Positions 11,900 to 21,242 of a stretch of 64,000 bases of DNA are shown here, one piece after another (within the stretch, counting starts at the first letter, position 1; each line of letters begins with the position of its first letter). The notes below the pieces were generated by a model. That model had not been told where the DNA came from. It saw nothing but the letters and a program-made list of their open reading frames with translations, and did not search any database. Position numbers and translations under genes: made by a program. Source of the stretch: Candidatus Dormiibacterota bacterium (lineage in GTDB: Bacteria > Chloroflexota > Dormibacteria > Aeolococcales > Aeolococcaceae); NCBI GenBank assembly GCA_035995545.1, contig DASYKI010000012.1, forward strand, positions 48,914 to 112,913. Reading direction: 5' to 3'.

Positions 11900-13687
11900 A
11901 TGAGTCCCGCGCTGCGACCAGCGGCTCCGCCACGCCCGCCGGCGGCTGCCCGCATGGACTGGCACGCCGTGCTCCGGCCCAAGGGGCTGGCCGGCACGCC
12001 GGCCGAGGGCCTGGTCGCCACCGTCTGCGTCGCGCTGGTCGCCCTGCTCTTCATGGTGGAAGCCACGCGGCCGTACGGCGGCAGCATCGGCTCGCTGGTC
12101 GTCGTCCCCGTCCTCGCCGCCGCCTGGCTGCTGCCCCGCCCGCTGGTCGGCGGCCTCACCCTGCTCGCCGTCGGCAGCCGCGTCGGGGTGATGCTGCTGG
12201 GGCAGACCGGCACGACCACGGGCGTCGCCCAGGTTGTGGCCGTGGTGCTGGTGGCGGTGATCACCGAGGTCGCCGCCGAGCGCAGCGTCATGGCCCGCGC
12301 CGGGCAGATGCGCGCCGAGGGGATCCGCGAGCTCAGTCACCTGCTCGACACCGTCCGCCGCCTGAGCGCCTCGCACGACGCCGACGCCGTGGTCCGCGAG
12401 GTCATCGTCGCCGCCGGACGGAGCATGGTCCGCCGCGGCGCGCCGCCCACCCGGGCGGCGCTGATCCGGGTCGACGGCGAGCGCCTGCGCGAGGGCATCG
12501 AGCACGACGACCAGGCCGCCATGGGTGGCTTCGATCTGCCCCTGGACTGCGCGCCCGCCATCGCGCTCGCCCTCAACACCGGCCGGGCCGTGCTCTGCCC
12601 GACCGGCGACCTGCTCCCGCCGCTGCGCGAGATGACCGAGCGCGCCGGCGTCGTGCTCACCGTCTACGCGCCCATCCGGGTCGGCGGCGACGCCTACGGG
12701 GTGCTGGCCACCGGCCTGCGCCGCAGGGCGCACGTCGACAGCTCCGAGCTGCGCCTGCTCGAGGGCATGGCCGACCTCGCCGGCCTGGCTCTGGCCAACG
12801 CCGAGCGCTTCCGCCTGGAGCGCTCCCACCTGCGCCGCGTCGAGGCCCTGGAGCGGGCCAAGGGCGCCTTCCTCAACCGCGCCTCGCACGAGCTGCGCAC
12901 TCCGCTGACCGTGCTGCGCGGCTACCTCCACCTCATGGAGGACGGTGCCTTCGGCGACCTCAGCGACGAGATGTCCGGCGACGTCGTGCCCGCCCTGATC
13001 ACCTCGGTGGAGGAGATCAACAGCCTGGTCGAGGGCATGCTGGTGGCCGCCCGCCTGGAGTACGGCGTCGAGCTCGCCCTGGAGCCGCTCGACCTGCGCG
13101 ACGTCGTCCGCGACACCGTGCGCGGCGTCGAGGAGACCTTCGCCGGCGAGCCCACGCCCACGGTGATCATCGAGACGCCGGCCAACCCGGTGACCGTGCT
13201 CGGCGACCCCGAGCAGCTCGCCACGGTTGTTGCCAACCTCGTCCGCAACGCGATGAAGTTCTCCCCCCCGCTGGGCGAGGTGCGCTGCGTCGTGTCGGCG
13301 CGCGGTGGCGTCACCGGCGCCGTGTCGGTGACCGACCACGGTCCCGGCATCCCCACCGAGCTGATCTCCCGCCTCTTCACCCGCTTCGGCCGCATCGACG
13401 TGCCCGGCAGCGGGACCGCGCGCGGCGCCGGGCTCGGCCTCTACATCGCGCGCGAGCTGGCCCGCATGCACGGTGGCGACATCGTCGTGCAGACGCAGCC
13501 GGGAGTGGGCAGCACCTTCGAGATGACCCTGCCACTCGACACCGGCGAGGTCCCGTCACAGCCGCGTGCGGCCACCAGCGAGGTCTCCGGGCGGCCGTTC
13601 GACAACGCCGCCCACGAGGAGCAACACGCCGCCGGCCAGCAGATGACCGACCGACCGGTCAGCTCGCGCGGCCGATCAGCGGGCTGA
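11900..13687 (+). CDS. Membrane sensor histidine kinase, TM-GAF-HisKA-HATPase_c
   Basis: N-terminal hydrophobic helices, a GAF-like region, classical H-box FLNRASHELRTPLTVL, N-box LVRNAMKFS and G-boxes (DHGPGIP, GAGLGLYIAREL). Confidence 0.75.
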   Translation: MSPALRPAAPPRPPAAARMDWHAVLRPKGLAGTPAEGLVATVCVALVALLFMVEATRPYGGSIGSLVVVPVLAAAWLLPRPLVGGLTLLAVGSRVGVMLLGQTGTTTGVAQVVAVVLVAVITEVAAERSVMARAGQMRAEGIRELSHLLDTVRRLSASHDADAVVREVIVAAGRSMVRRGAPPTRAALIRVDGERLREGIEHDDQAAMGGFDLPLDCAPAIALALNTGRAVLCPTGDLLPPLREMTERAGVVLTVYAPIRVGGDAYGVLATGLRRRAHVDSSELRLLEGMADLAGLALANAERFRLERSHLRRVEALERAKGAFLNRASHELRTPLTVLRGYLHLMEDGAFGDLSDEMSGDVVPALITSVEEINSLVEGMLVAARLEYGVELALEPLDLRDVVRDTVRGVEETFAGEPTPTVIIETPANPVTVLGDPEQLATVVANLVRNAMKFSPPLGEVRCVVSARGGVTGAVSVTDHGPGIPTELISRLFTRFGRIDVPGSGTARGAGLGLYIARELARMHGGDIVVQTQPGVGSTFEMTLPLDTGEVPSQPRAATSEVSGRPFDNAAHEEQHAAGQQMTDRPVSSRGRSAG

Positions 13688-15077
13688 CCATCCAGGCCAG
13701 GGCGATCATGCCCATCAGCACCCCGGCGGCCCATGTCAGGGTGCGGCTCAGCCCGCCGCTGCGGCGCTCGCCCATGATGCGCCGGTCCTGTCCCACCACG
13801 GTGACCAGCAGGATCAGCGGCGCCGACACCGCCCCGCTGATCGCGGATGCGATGACCAGCGCGTCGATGAGGTTGACGTGCGAGAAGTTCAGCGCCGTGC
13901 CCACCGCCGAGGCGAGCACGATCAGCGCGTAGAAGGTCGGCGCGTAGCGGGGCCGCGCCTCCAGGCTGCCGGGGATCCCCGCGTACTCGCAGATCGCGTA
14001 CGCCGACGATCCCGCCAGCACGGGCACGGCCAGCATCCCGGCGCCGATGAAGCCCAGCGCGAAGAGCAGGAAGGCCACTGGGCCGGCCAGTGGTTCCAGC
14101 GCCGCCGCGGCCTGGTCGGGCGTGCTGATGCCGGTCTGTCCGTGGGTGTGCAGCACCGCCGCGCTGGTCAGGATGATGAAGTACATCACCATCTGCGCGA
14201 AGAACATGCCGGTGAACACGTCGACGCGCGCGGCGCGCAGGTGGCGGTCGTCGACGCCGCGGCGCTGCGATTCCTCGTGCTGCCCGGCCCGCTCCATCTC
14301 AGTCACCTCCATCGACCCCTGCCAGAAGAGGATGTAGGGCGAGAAGGCGGTGCCGAAGACCGCCGCCATCATCAGCAGGAACGCCGATGACATCTCGACG
14401 TGCGGGACGAACGTCGCGCGGATCACCTCCAGGGCGGGCGGGTGCACCAGCAAGCCCGCGATCACGTAGGCGAAGAGGGTCAGGGTCAGCCACTTGAAGA
14501 CGCTGAAGATGGTCTCGAAGGTGGCCCGCAGCATGAGCAGCAGGACCAGCGCCGCCACCGGAATCACCAGCCACGTTGCACGCACGTGGCCGCGCGAGAG
14601 CAGCTCACCGCCGGCGGCGACGGCGCCGAGGTCGGCGCCCAGCGTGATCAGGTTCGACAGCACCAGCCCGCCGACGCAGAGCAGCACCAGCCAGCTGGGG
14701 AAGCGGCGCCGCAGCACGGTCCCCAGGCCGACGCCGGTGTGCAGCGCGATGCGCGCGCACATCTCCTGCACCGCCGCCATCAGCGGGAAGGTGAACAGCG
14801 CCGGCCAGAGCAGCCCGTAGCCGAACTGGGCGCCCGCCTGGGCGAAGGTGGCGATGGCGCTGGGGTCGTCGTCGGAGCCCCCGCTGGTGAGGCCGGGGCC
14901 GAGCACCCGCACGAAGGCGCGCGCGCTGAAGTGCTCCAGCTCCTCGACGGCGCGCTCCTGTTCGAGGGCGCGCAGCCGCTCCTTCTCGGGTTCCTTGAGC
15001 GCGCGGGGATCGCCGGGGTCGACGGCCGTGCCCAGCCGGGCCAGGATCGGGTCGCGGGCGGCGGGAGGTTGGCTCAT
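13659..15077 (-). CDS. mntH: NRAMP-family divalent metal (Mn2+/Fe2+) transporter
   Basis: About 11-12 TM segments with the NRAMP consensus (GPGLTSGGSDDDP, MAAVQEM, GSSAYAICEY). Confidence 0.8.
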   Translation of the reverse strand: MSQPPAARDPILARLGTAVDPGDPRALKEPEKERLRALEQERAVEELEHFSARAFVRVLGPGLTSGGSDDDPSAIATFAQAGAQFGYGLLWPALFTFPLMAAVQEMCARIALHTGVGLGTVLRRRFPSWLVLLCVGGLVLSNLITLGADLGAVAAGGELLSRGHVRATWLVIPVAALVLLLMLRATFETIFSVFKWLTLTLFAYVIAGLLVHPPALEVIRATFVPHVEMSSAFLLMMAAVFGTAFSPYILFWQGSMEVTEMERAGQHEESQRRGVDDRHLRAARVDVFTGMFFAQMVMYFIILTSAAVLHTHGQTGISTPDQAAAALEPLAGPVAFLLFALGFIGAGMLAVPVLAGSSAYAICEYAGIPGSLEARPRYAPTFYALIVLASAVGTALNFSHVNLIDALVIASAISGAVSAPLILLVTVVGQDRRIMGERRSGGLSRTLTWAAGVLMGMIALAWMVSPLIGRAS

Positions 15078-15093
15078 CCTCGCCGCCCGGGGT

Positions 15094-16080
15094 TCATGCC
15101 GCCGCCGGCAGCAACCCCTCGGCCTGCAGCGTGTCGCGCAATCCCTGCTCCAGCGGTCTGGGCGCGTAGCCCAGCTCGCGCATCGCCTTGTCGTGGCGCG
15201 CCCAGTAGGTGACGTTGTCCGAAGCGCTGATCAGCTCGGACAGGTTGGGCGGGAAGCCGAGGCGCGGCGCCACCAGCGGACCCAGCGGCGCCGAGAGCCT
15301 GAGCAGCATGGTGGGGACGGTGAGCCGCGGCGGCCGCCGCCCGGTCACACGGGAGAGGACCTCGACGAAGCCCTGCGCCGTGGCCATCTCGCCGCCGAGG
15401 ATGTAGGACTCGCCGACGCGCCCCCTGTCGAGGGTGAGCAGGATCCCGGCGACCACGTCGTCGCGGTGGACGAAGTTGATGCCCAGGCCGGGGAAGGCCA
15501 TGGCGGGCAGCTTGCCGGCGACGAACTGGTGCATCAGGTTGCCGAGCTGGGAGTGGTCGCCCGGGCCGTAGACGCCGCCGGGCTGGACGATGATCAGCGG
15601 CAGCCCCTGCTCGCGCAGGCGCTGGGCGGTGCGGTGGGCGGCGATCTTGGTGCGCTCGTACCAGGAGCCCTCGCCGCTGCCCAGCGGTCCGGATTCGTCG
15701 AGCACCTTGCCGTGGGTGTTGCCGAAGACGCCGACGGTGGAGATGTAGAGGACGCGGGGGATCTTCAGCTTCAGCGCGGCGCCGAGGACGTTCTCGGTCC
15801 CCTGCACGTTGGTCGCCTCCATGGCGGCGCGCTGGCTCGCCGGGATGCCCACCTCGTAGACCGCGGCGCCGTGGATCACGGCGTCAGCGTCCTGCATGCC
15901 GCGTTCGATGGCCGCGACGTCGCCGAGGTCGCCCTGGACCAGGGTGACGCCGGCCCGTTCCAGCTCGGCCGCCTTGGCCGGGGTGCGCACCAGGGCGGTG
16001 ACCTGGTCGCCGCGCTGCTGCAGGGCGCGGGCCACCGCGCCGCCGATGAACCCGGTGCCGCCGGTGAGGAACACCTTCAT
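15094..16080 (-). CDS. NAD(P)-dependent epimerase/dehydratase (SDR family)
   Basis: Rossmann motif MKVFLTGGTGFIGGAV and a catalytic YxxxK region (YERTK). Sits 16 nt upstream of the NRAMP gene on the same strand. Confidence 0.75.
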   Translation of the reverse strand: MKVFLTGGTGFIGGAVARALQQRGDQVTALVRTPAKAAELERAGVTLVQGDLGDVAAIERGMQDADAVIHGAAVYEVGIPASQRAAMEATNVQGTENVLGAALKLKIPRVLYISTVGVFGNTHGKVLDESGPLGSGEGSWYERTKIAAHRTAQRLREQGLPLIIVQPGGVYGPGDHSQLGNLMHQFVAGKLPAMAFPGLGINFVHRDDVVAGILLTLDRGRVGESYILGGEMATAQGFVEVLSRVTGRRPPRLTVPTMLLRLSAPLGPLVAPRLGFPPNLSELISASDNVTYWARHDKAMRELGYAPRPLEQGLRDTLQAEGLLPAAA

Positions 16081-16243
16081 GTCGTCTCCAGCCCCCGCGA
16101 GGCGCGCGGTGAGCGCGCTCGGACGTCGAATACCCTTCCCGGCCGAGTGTACGCAGGGCGTGCCCGCCGTCGCAGAGCGGCCGGACCGGCACGATCGTCA
16201 GAATGCAGCGGTCGGGCACCCGCGGTTTGGAGATCACGCAGCC

Positions 16244-17443
16244 ATGGACTTCTCGCTGACGACCGAGCAGGCGCGCTTCCGCGACGAGCTGCGCGCGTGG
16301 CTGCGAGACAACCTTGCCGACGCGCAGTCCGCGCCGATGGCGGCGATGGGCGCCGAGGACGGCGTCGAGCGCCGCCGCAGCTGGCAGCGCCGCGTCTACG
16401 AGGCGGGCTATGCGGGCGTCGCCTGGCCCAAGGAGTACGGCGGCCGGGGCCTGTCGCTCATCGAGTCGATGATCGTCATGGAGGAGATGTCGAAGGCCAA
16501 GGCGCCCGACATGATCAACGTGATCGGGCTCAACATGGCGGGCCCGACGATCATCCACCACGGCACCCCGGCGCAGAAGGAGCGGCACCTGCGCGGCATC
16601 CTCGACGCCAGCGAGATCTGGTGCCAGGGCTTCAGCGAGCCCAACTCCGGTTCCGACCTGGCCTCCCTGCAGACCCGCGCAGTGCTCGACGGCGACGACT
16701 TCGTGGTCAACGGGCAGAAGGTGTGGACCACGCTGGGCCACGTCGCCAAGTGGTGCATCCTGCTGACGCGCACCGGCAGCGCCGACGAGAAGCACAGCGG
16801 TCTCACCTACCTGATCGTCGACATGAAGTCGCCCGGGGTCGAGGTCAAGCCGCTGGTGCAGATGACCGGCGACGCCGAGTTCAACGAGATCTACTTCACC
16901 GACGTGCGCGTGCCGCGCGAGAACCTGCTCGGGGGCGTCGGCGAGGGCTGGCGGGTGGCCATGACCACGCTGATGCACGAGCGGGCGACCCTGGGCGTTG
17001 CGCTGCAGGTGCGTTCTCGGATCGCCTTCGACGAGCTGATCACCCTGGTGCGCGCGGCGCACGGGGCCTCCGGCGACGGCGAGGCCGAGGGCGAGGGCGC
17101 GCTGGTGCGCCAGAAGCTCGCCCAGCTCTACATCGACACCGAGGCGATGCGCTGCAACGGCTATCGCGGCCTCACCCGCATGCTGCGCGGTGAGACGCCG
17201 GGGCCGGAGGGGTCGATCAACAAGCTGATGTGGAGCGAGGTCAACCAGCGCCTCATGGAGACCGCGCTGGAGGTGGAGGGCCCCGCCGGCATGCTCGCCG
17301 AGGGCGAGCCGTCCGCGCCCGACGGTGGTCGCTGGACCTACCAGTTCCTGCGCTCGCGGGCCAACAGCATCGAGGGCGGCACCAGCGAGGTGCTGCGCAA
17401 CATCCTGGCGGAGCGGGTGCTCGGTCTCCCGCGCAGCCGTTGA
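16244..17443 (+). CDS. Acyl-CoA dehydrogenase
   Basis: ACAD N/M/C architecture; GFSEPNSGSDLASL and the C-terminal IEGGTSEVLRNILAER catalytic-Glu block. Confidence 0.85.
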   Translation: MDFSLTTEQARFRDELRAWLRDNLADAQSAPMAAMGAEDGVERRRSWQRRVYEAGYAGVAWPKEYGGRGLSLIESMIVMEEMSKAKAPDMINVIGLNMAGPTIIHHGTPAQKERHLRGILDASEIWCQGFSEPNSGSDLASLQTRAVLDGDDFVVNGQKVWTTLGHVAKWCILLTRTGSADEKHSGLTYLIVDMKSPGVEVKPLVQMTGDAEFNEIYFTDVRVPRENLLGGVGEGWRVAMTTLMHERATLGVALQVRSRIAFDELITLVRAAHGASGDGEAEGEGALVRQKLAQLYIDTEAMRCNGYRGLTRMLRGETPGPEGSINKLMWSEVNQRLMETALEVEGPAGMLAEGEPSAPDGGRWTYQFLRSRANSIEGGTSEVLRNILAERVLGLPRSR

Positions 17444-17461
17444 GGTTGGAGAGTTTCTGCC

Positions 17462-18598
17462 ATGGATTTCGGATTCTCTGAGGAGCAGGACCTGCTCCGC
17501 GGCCAGGCCCGCGACTTCCTCGACAAGCAGAGCGCGCCCTCGGCGGTGCGTACGCTGATGGCTTCGGAGTCGGGGCACGACCCCGCGCTCTGGTCGCGCA
17601 TGGCCGACCTGGGCTGGACGGCGATCCCCTTCCCCGAGCAGCACGGCGGACTCGGCCTCGGCATGGTCGACCTCACCGTGGTGCTCGAGGAGATGGGGCG
17701 GCACGTCACCCCGTCGCCGCTGCTGTCGTCGGTCGGGCTGGCCGGGATGACGCTGTTGCAGGGCGGCAGCGAGGAGCAGCAGGCGGGATGGCTGCCGGGA
17801 CTGTGCGACGGGTCGGTGATCGGCACCGTGGCCATGGTCGAGCAGAGCGGGCGCTGGGACGCGCGCGGTGTGCAGATGCCGGCATCGCGCAAGGGCGATT
17901 CCTATCTTCTGCGCGGCGAGAAGCTCTACGTCACCGATGCCCACCTCGCCGACTGGATGATCGTCGCGGTGCGCACCGCCGCCGAAGAGTCCGGCGACGG
18001 CGTGACGCTGCTGCTCGTTGACACGTCGTCACCCGGGGTCAGCGTGCGCCCGGTGAAGTCGATGGACCAGACGCGGCGCATGGCCACGGTGTCGTTCGAC
18101 GACGTCGAGGTTCCTGCTGACCGGGTGGTCGGTGGCGAGGGACGCGGCTGGTCGGTGCTGCGTCGTGGCCTCGACCGCACGCTGGTGGCGATCAGCGCAG
18201 AGCTCTGCGGCGTCGCCCAGCGCGCCATGGAGATGAGCGTCGAGTACGCCAAGACGCGCCAGCAGTTCGGCCGTCCCATCGGCTCCTACCAGGCCGTGTC
18301 GCACAAGTGCGCGGACATGCTGGTGCAGGTGGAGTCGGCCAAGTCGCTGACCTACTACGCGGCCTGGGCGGTCGACGAGGACGTGCCCGAGGCTCCCCTG
18401 GCCGCCGCCATGGCCAAGGCGTACGCCAGCGACGCGGCGCGCTCGGTGACCGCCAACGCCATCCAGGTGCACGGCGGCATCGGCTTCACCTGGGAGCACG
18501 ACATGCACCTGTACTTCAAGCGCGCCAAGTGGGGGGAGACCATGCTCGGCGACGCCGTCTTCCACCGCGAGCGCGTCGCCCAGGCGCTGGAGCTGTAG
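17462..18598 (+). CDS. Acyl-CoA dehydrogenase (second, tandem)
   Basis: ACAD fold motifs (QHGGLGLGMVD, QQFGRPIGSYQAVSHKCADM, IQVHGGIGFTWEHD). The C-terminal catalytic block is divergent (KWGETMLGD). Confidence 0.8.
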   Translation: MDFGFSEEQDLLRGQARDFLDKQSAPSAVRTLMASESGHDPALWSRMADLGWTAIPFPEQHGGLGLGMVDLTVVLEEMGRHVTPSPLLSSVGLAGMTLLQGGSEEQQAGWLPGLCDGSVIGTVAMVEQSGRWDARGVQMPASRKGDSYLLRGEKLYVTDAHLADWMIVAVRTAAEESGDGVTLLLVDTSSPGVSVRPVKSMDQTRRMATVSFDDVEVPADRVVGGEGRGWSVLRRGLDRTLVAISAELCGVAQRAMEMSVEYAKTRQQFGRPIGSYQAVSHKCADMLVQVESAKSLTYYAAWAVDEDVPEAPLAAAMAKAYASDAARSVTANAIQVHGGIGFTWEHDMHLYFKRAKWGETMLGDAVFHRERVAQALEL

Positions 18599-18608
18599 CC
18601 TGAGTCAG

Positions 18609-19343
18609 GTGGACCAGGCCCAGGCTTCCGTGCAACCCGCGTCGCACCTGCGCGGCGCCATCTTCGACTTCGGCGGCGTGATGACCGAGTCGCTCTTCCG
18701 CCGCCGTCGCGACGCGGACCCCGACCTGCTCAGCCTGCTGGTGTTCTTCTTCAACGACCTGCGCACGGTCTACCACCTGCCCACCTCGACGCACGATCTG
18801 CACCAACTGGAGATCGGCAAGCTCAGCGAGGCGGACTTCTTCCGCAACATGTGCGCCCGGCACGCCCAGGCGGGCAACCCGCCGGTCGATCCCGAACGGG
18901 CGCGTGCGCTGGTGTTCGCCGAGCGCGCCGAGGCGTGTGCGGCCATGGTCGACACGGTGCGCCAGATCCGCGAGGCGGGCTATCGCACGGCGCTGCTCAC
19001 CAACAACGCGCGCGAGTGGGAGTCGAAGTGGCGCTCGCTCATCCCCGTCGACGATCTCTTCGAGGTCGTCGTCGACTCGTCGGCCGTCGGCCTGCGCAAG
19101 CCCGATCCGCTCATCTACGAGCTGACCTGCGAGCGGCTCGGCCTGCAGCCGTCCGAGTGCATCTTCGTCGACGACCTGGAGTGCAACATCGACGCCGCCT
19201 CCGCGCTGGGGATGGAGGTCGTGCACTGCCTCGACCCCACCGAGGCGGCCGGCGTGGTGGCGCAGCGGCTCCTGGGCCGGCCCGCCTACGCGGAGCCGGA
19301 GCCAGGGCCATCGCCGGGGCCGGAGCCGGACGGCGGGCGGTGA
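18609..19343 (+). CDS. HAD-superfamily hydrolase
   Basis: Motif I (AIFDFGGVM) and motif IV (IFVDDLECNID). Stop overlaps the start of the next gene. Confidence 0.7.
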   Translation: MDQAQASVQPASHLRGAIFDFGGVMTESLFRRRRDADPDLLSLLVFFFNDLRTVYHLPTSTHDLHQLEIGKLSEADFFRNMCARHAQAGNPPVDPERARALVFAERAEACAAMVDTVRQIREAGYRTALLTNNAREWESKWRSLIPVDDLFEVVVDSSAVGLRKPDPLIYELTCERLGLQPSECIFVDDLECNIDAASALGMEVVHCLDPTEAAGVVAQRLLGRPAYAEPEPGPSPGPEPDGGR

Positions 19344-20104
19344 CCGGCGCGCGCAGCGGCCACGCGACGCGCGTTGCCGACGGCGCGGTGGTCCTGGAGC
19401 TGGCGGCGCTGAGCGATCGCGGTCCCAACCGCTCCGCCAACGAGGACGCCTGGGCGATCCTGCCGCTGGACCCGCGGCCCGGCTGCGCGCTGCTCCTCGC
19501 CGACGGCATGGGCGGCCACGCCGACGGGGCCATCGCCGCGTATCTCGCCGTCCACGGCGCGGGCAACGTGCTCCGCGCGGGCGCCGAGCCGCACCTCTCC
19601 CTGCCCGACGCGCTCGCCGAGGCGAACGAGGCGATCTCGCGGCATCGCGCCTCGCGCGGTGGCCTGGTCGCCGGGACCACGCTGGTCGCCGCAGTGGTGG
19701 GGGGCGGGCGGGCGAGCATCGCCAACGTCGGCGACTCGCGTGCCTACCTGCGCCGGGGCGACACCACGGCGCAGCTGACCTTCGACCACTCCTGGGTGGC
19801 CGAGCAGGTGCGCGCGGGGCAGCTCGGTGCGGCCGCGGTCGCCGGACATCCCCACCGCTCGCTGCTGACCCGGGCGCTCACCGGCGACCCCGTCGAGGTC
19901 GACCTCTTCACCGCGGAGATCGCCTCCGGCGACACGCTGCTGCTCTGCACCGACGGGCTCTGGGACGCGCTCGGCGACGCGGAGATCGGTGCCGTGCTCG
20001 GCGGTGGTGGTCCACTCGACGGCGTGGCGGCCGGGCTGTGCGATGCGGCGCTGGCGGCGGGGGCCTCGGACAACCTCAGCGTGGTGCTCTGCCGGGTCGC
20101 CTGA
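19340..20104 (+). CDS. PP2C-family Ser/Thr protein phosphatase
   Basis: Metal-binding blocks ANEDAW, LLADGMGGH, VGDSRAY, CTDGLWD and ASDNLSV. GTG start overlaps the HAD stop. Confidence 0.75.
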   Translation: MTGARSGHATRVADGAVVLELAALSDRGPNRSANEDAWAILPLDPRPGCALLLADGMGGHADGAIAAYLAVHGAGNVLRAGAEPHLSLPDALAEANEAISRHRASRGGLVAGTTLVAAVVGGGRASIANVGDSRAYLRRGDTTAQLTFDHSWVAEQVRAGQLGAAAVAGHPHRSLLTRALTGDPVEVDLFTAEIASGDTLLLCTDGLWDALGDAEIGAVLGGGGPLDGVAAGLCDAALAAGASDNLSVVLCRVA

Positions 20105-20282
20105 GGCGCCTCCGTCATGCCGATCTGGTGGCGGCCATGTCACCAGTTCACGGACGTGGCACGATATCCACATGCACTGCGGTTGAGGACACGGGCGCCC
20201 GATCCCCCGGAACCTTCGGGGAATTCCGCGCGTTGTCCAGCAAACCTCCCTGCCAACGCCGCTGCTCTGGGGATCGCCACCG

Positions 20283-20594
20283 ATGGGTCGCCACCGTCTC
20301 CTCCGCGCTGTCAAGGTCTGCAAGATCTGCGGCGAGGGCTACGACGCCTTCAAGGCGCTCGACGCCCGCGGCCGCTACTGTTCCCCGGTGTGCCTCGCCG
20401 AGGCGCGCCGCCGCCACCGTGAGGGCCTCCCCGTCGACGGCAACCTCGCCACCCCGCAGTCGCCGGACGACACGGCCCTCATCGGGCCAGCCACGCTCCC
20501 CCAGGTGATCAGCCTCGGCTCCCGCAAGGCCATGGTCACCCTCGACCTCGACGTCACCGCCCACCCCGGCGAGGCCGCCCGCAAGCTCCTCTGA
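20283..20594 (+). CDS. Small zinc-ribbon hypothetical protein
   Basis: CKICG...CSPVC four-Cys arrangement. No other homology recognised. Confidence 0.4.
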   Translation: MGRHRLLRAVKVCKICGEGYDAFKALDARGRYCSPVCLAEARRRHREGLPVDGNLATPQSPDDTALIGPATLPQVISLGSRKAMVTLDLDVTAHPGEAARKLL

Positions 20595-20647
20595 GGTGGT
20601 CGGCGTGGCTGGCCTGGCGGTACACGATTCCGCACGAAACGTGTACC

Positions 20648-20914
20648 ATGGCGAGCATGCCAGACAGTACTGCGCGTCTGAACATCACCCTCGATCCCGA
20701 GTACGCCGCCAAGCTGGCGCGCCTGGCCGAGCGGGTGCACGTGCAGGAAGGCACGCTGGCTCGGTCCCTGCTCTCGACCGCGCTCGATGACGTCGATCCC
20801 GACGCTCGCACGGTAACTCAGGTCCTCGACGGAATCGACGGGGCGTGGGAACGGGCCGCGCTCGGCGCCGCGCAGGCGCGCGACCACGACACCGTTGCCC
20901 TCGACGAGCTCTAG
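20648..20914 (+). CDS. Ribbon-helix-helix (CopG-like) antitoxin
   Basis: N-terminal RLNITLDPEYAAKLARLAE reads as an RHH beta-strand plus helix. Located immediately upstream of a RelE/ParE-like ORF. Confidence 0.55.
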   Translation: MASMPDSTARLNITLDPEYAAKLARLAERVHVQEGTLARSLLSTALDDVDPDARTVTQVLDGIDGAWERAALGAAQARDHDTVALDEL

Positions 20915-20916
20915 TC

Positions 20917-21219
20917 GTGGCGCGGGTCGAGGTTGCCCGCGCGGCTGTCGAAGACCTCGACCGACTCATCCGAGTTCTCAACCTGCCGTTTGACACTCGC
21001 GAGCGGGTACAGCGCTCGCTGCGGCCGCTTGAACGCTTCCCTCGGCTCGGCCCCGAGCTGGGAGGCCGCTGGCATGGCTACCGCTTCATCCTTGGTCCCT
21101 GGCGGTGGCTGCTCATCGTCTACCTCCTCCTGGACGAGGAGGACCGTGTCGTGGTGGTGACCATGCAGGACGCGCGCTCGTCGTCGTCGGTTTCCGCGCA
21201 GGGGCGTCCAGGGCTCTGA
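20917..21219 (+). CDS. RelE/ParE-family type II toxin
   Basis: About 100 aa; VEDLDRLIRVL...RVQRSLRPLERFPRLG...GRWHGYRFILGPWRWLLIVYLLLDEEDRVVVVT is the ParE/RelE plasmid-stabilisation fold pattern. GTG start lies 3 nt after the antitoxin stop. Confidence 0.55.
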   Translation: MARVEVARAAVEDLDRLIRVLNLPFDTRERVQRSLRPLERFPRLGPELGGRWHGYRFILGPWRWLLIVYLLLDEEDRVVVVTMQDARSSSSVSAQGRPGL

Positions 21220-21242
21220 GCGCTGCCGGGCGGGGGTCATGA

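Noticed and set aside
16081-16243. Possible Mn (yybP-ykoY) riboswitch upstream of the epimerase-NRAMP operon
   Set aside because: The conserved riboswitch helices could not be recognised by eye in this divergent intergenic region. Needs an Infernal/Rfam scan; not claimed.
15884-17944. 686-aa minus ORF antisense to both acyl-CoA dehydrogenase genes
   Set aside because: The ACAD motifs on the plus strand are decisive; the antisense frame is Arg/Ala/Gly-rich.
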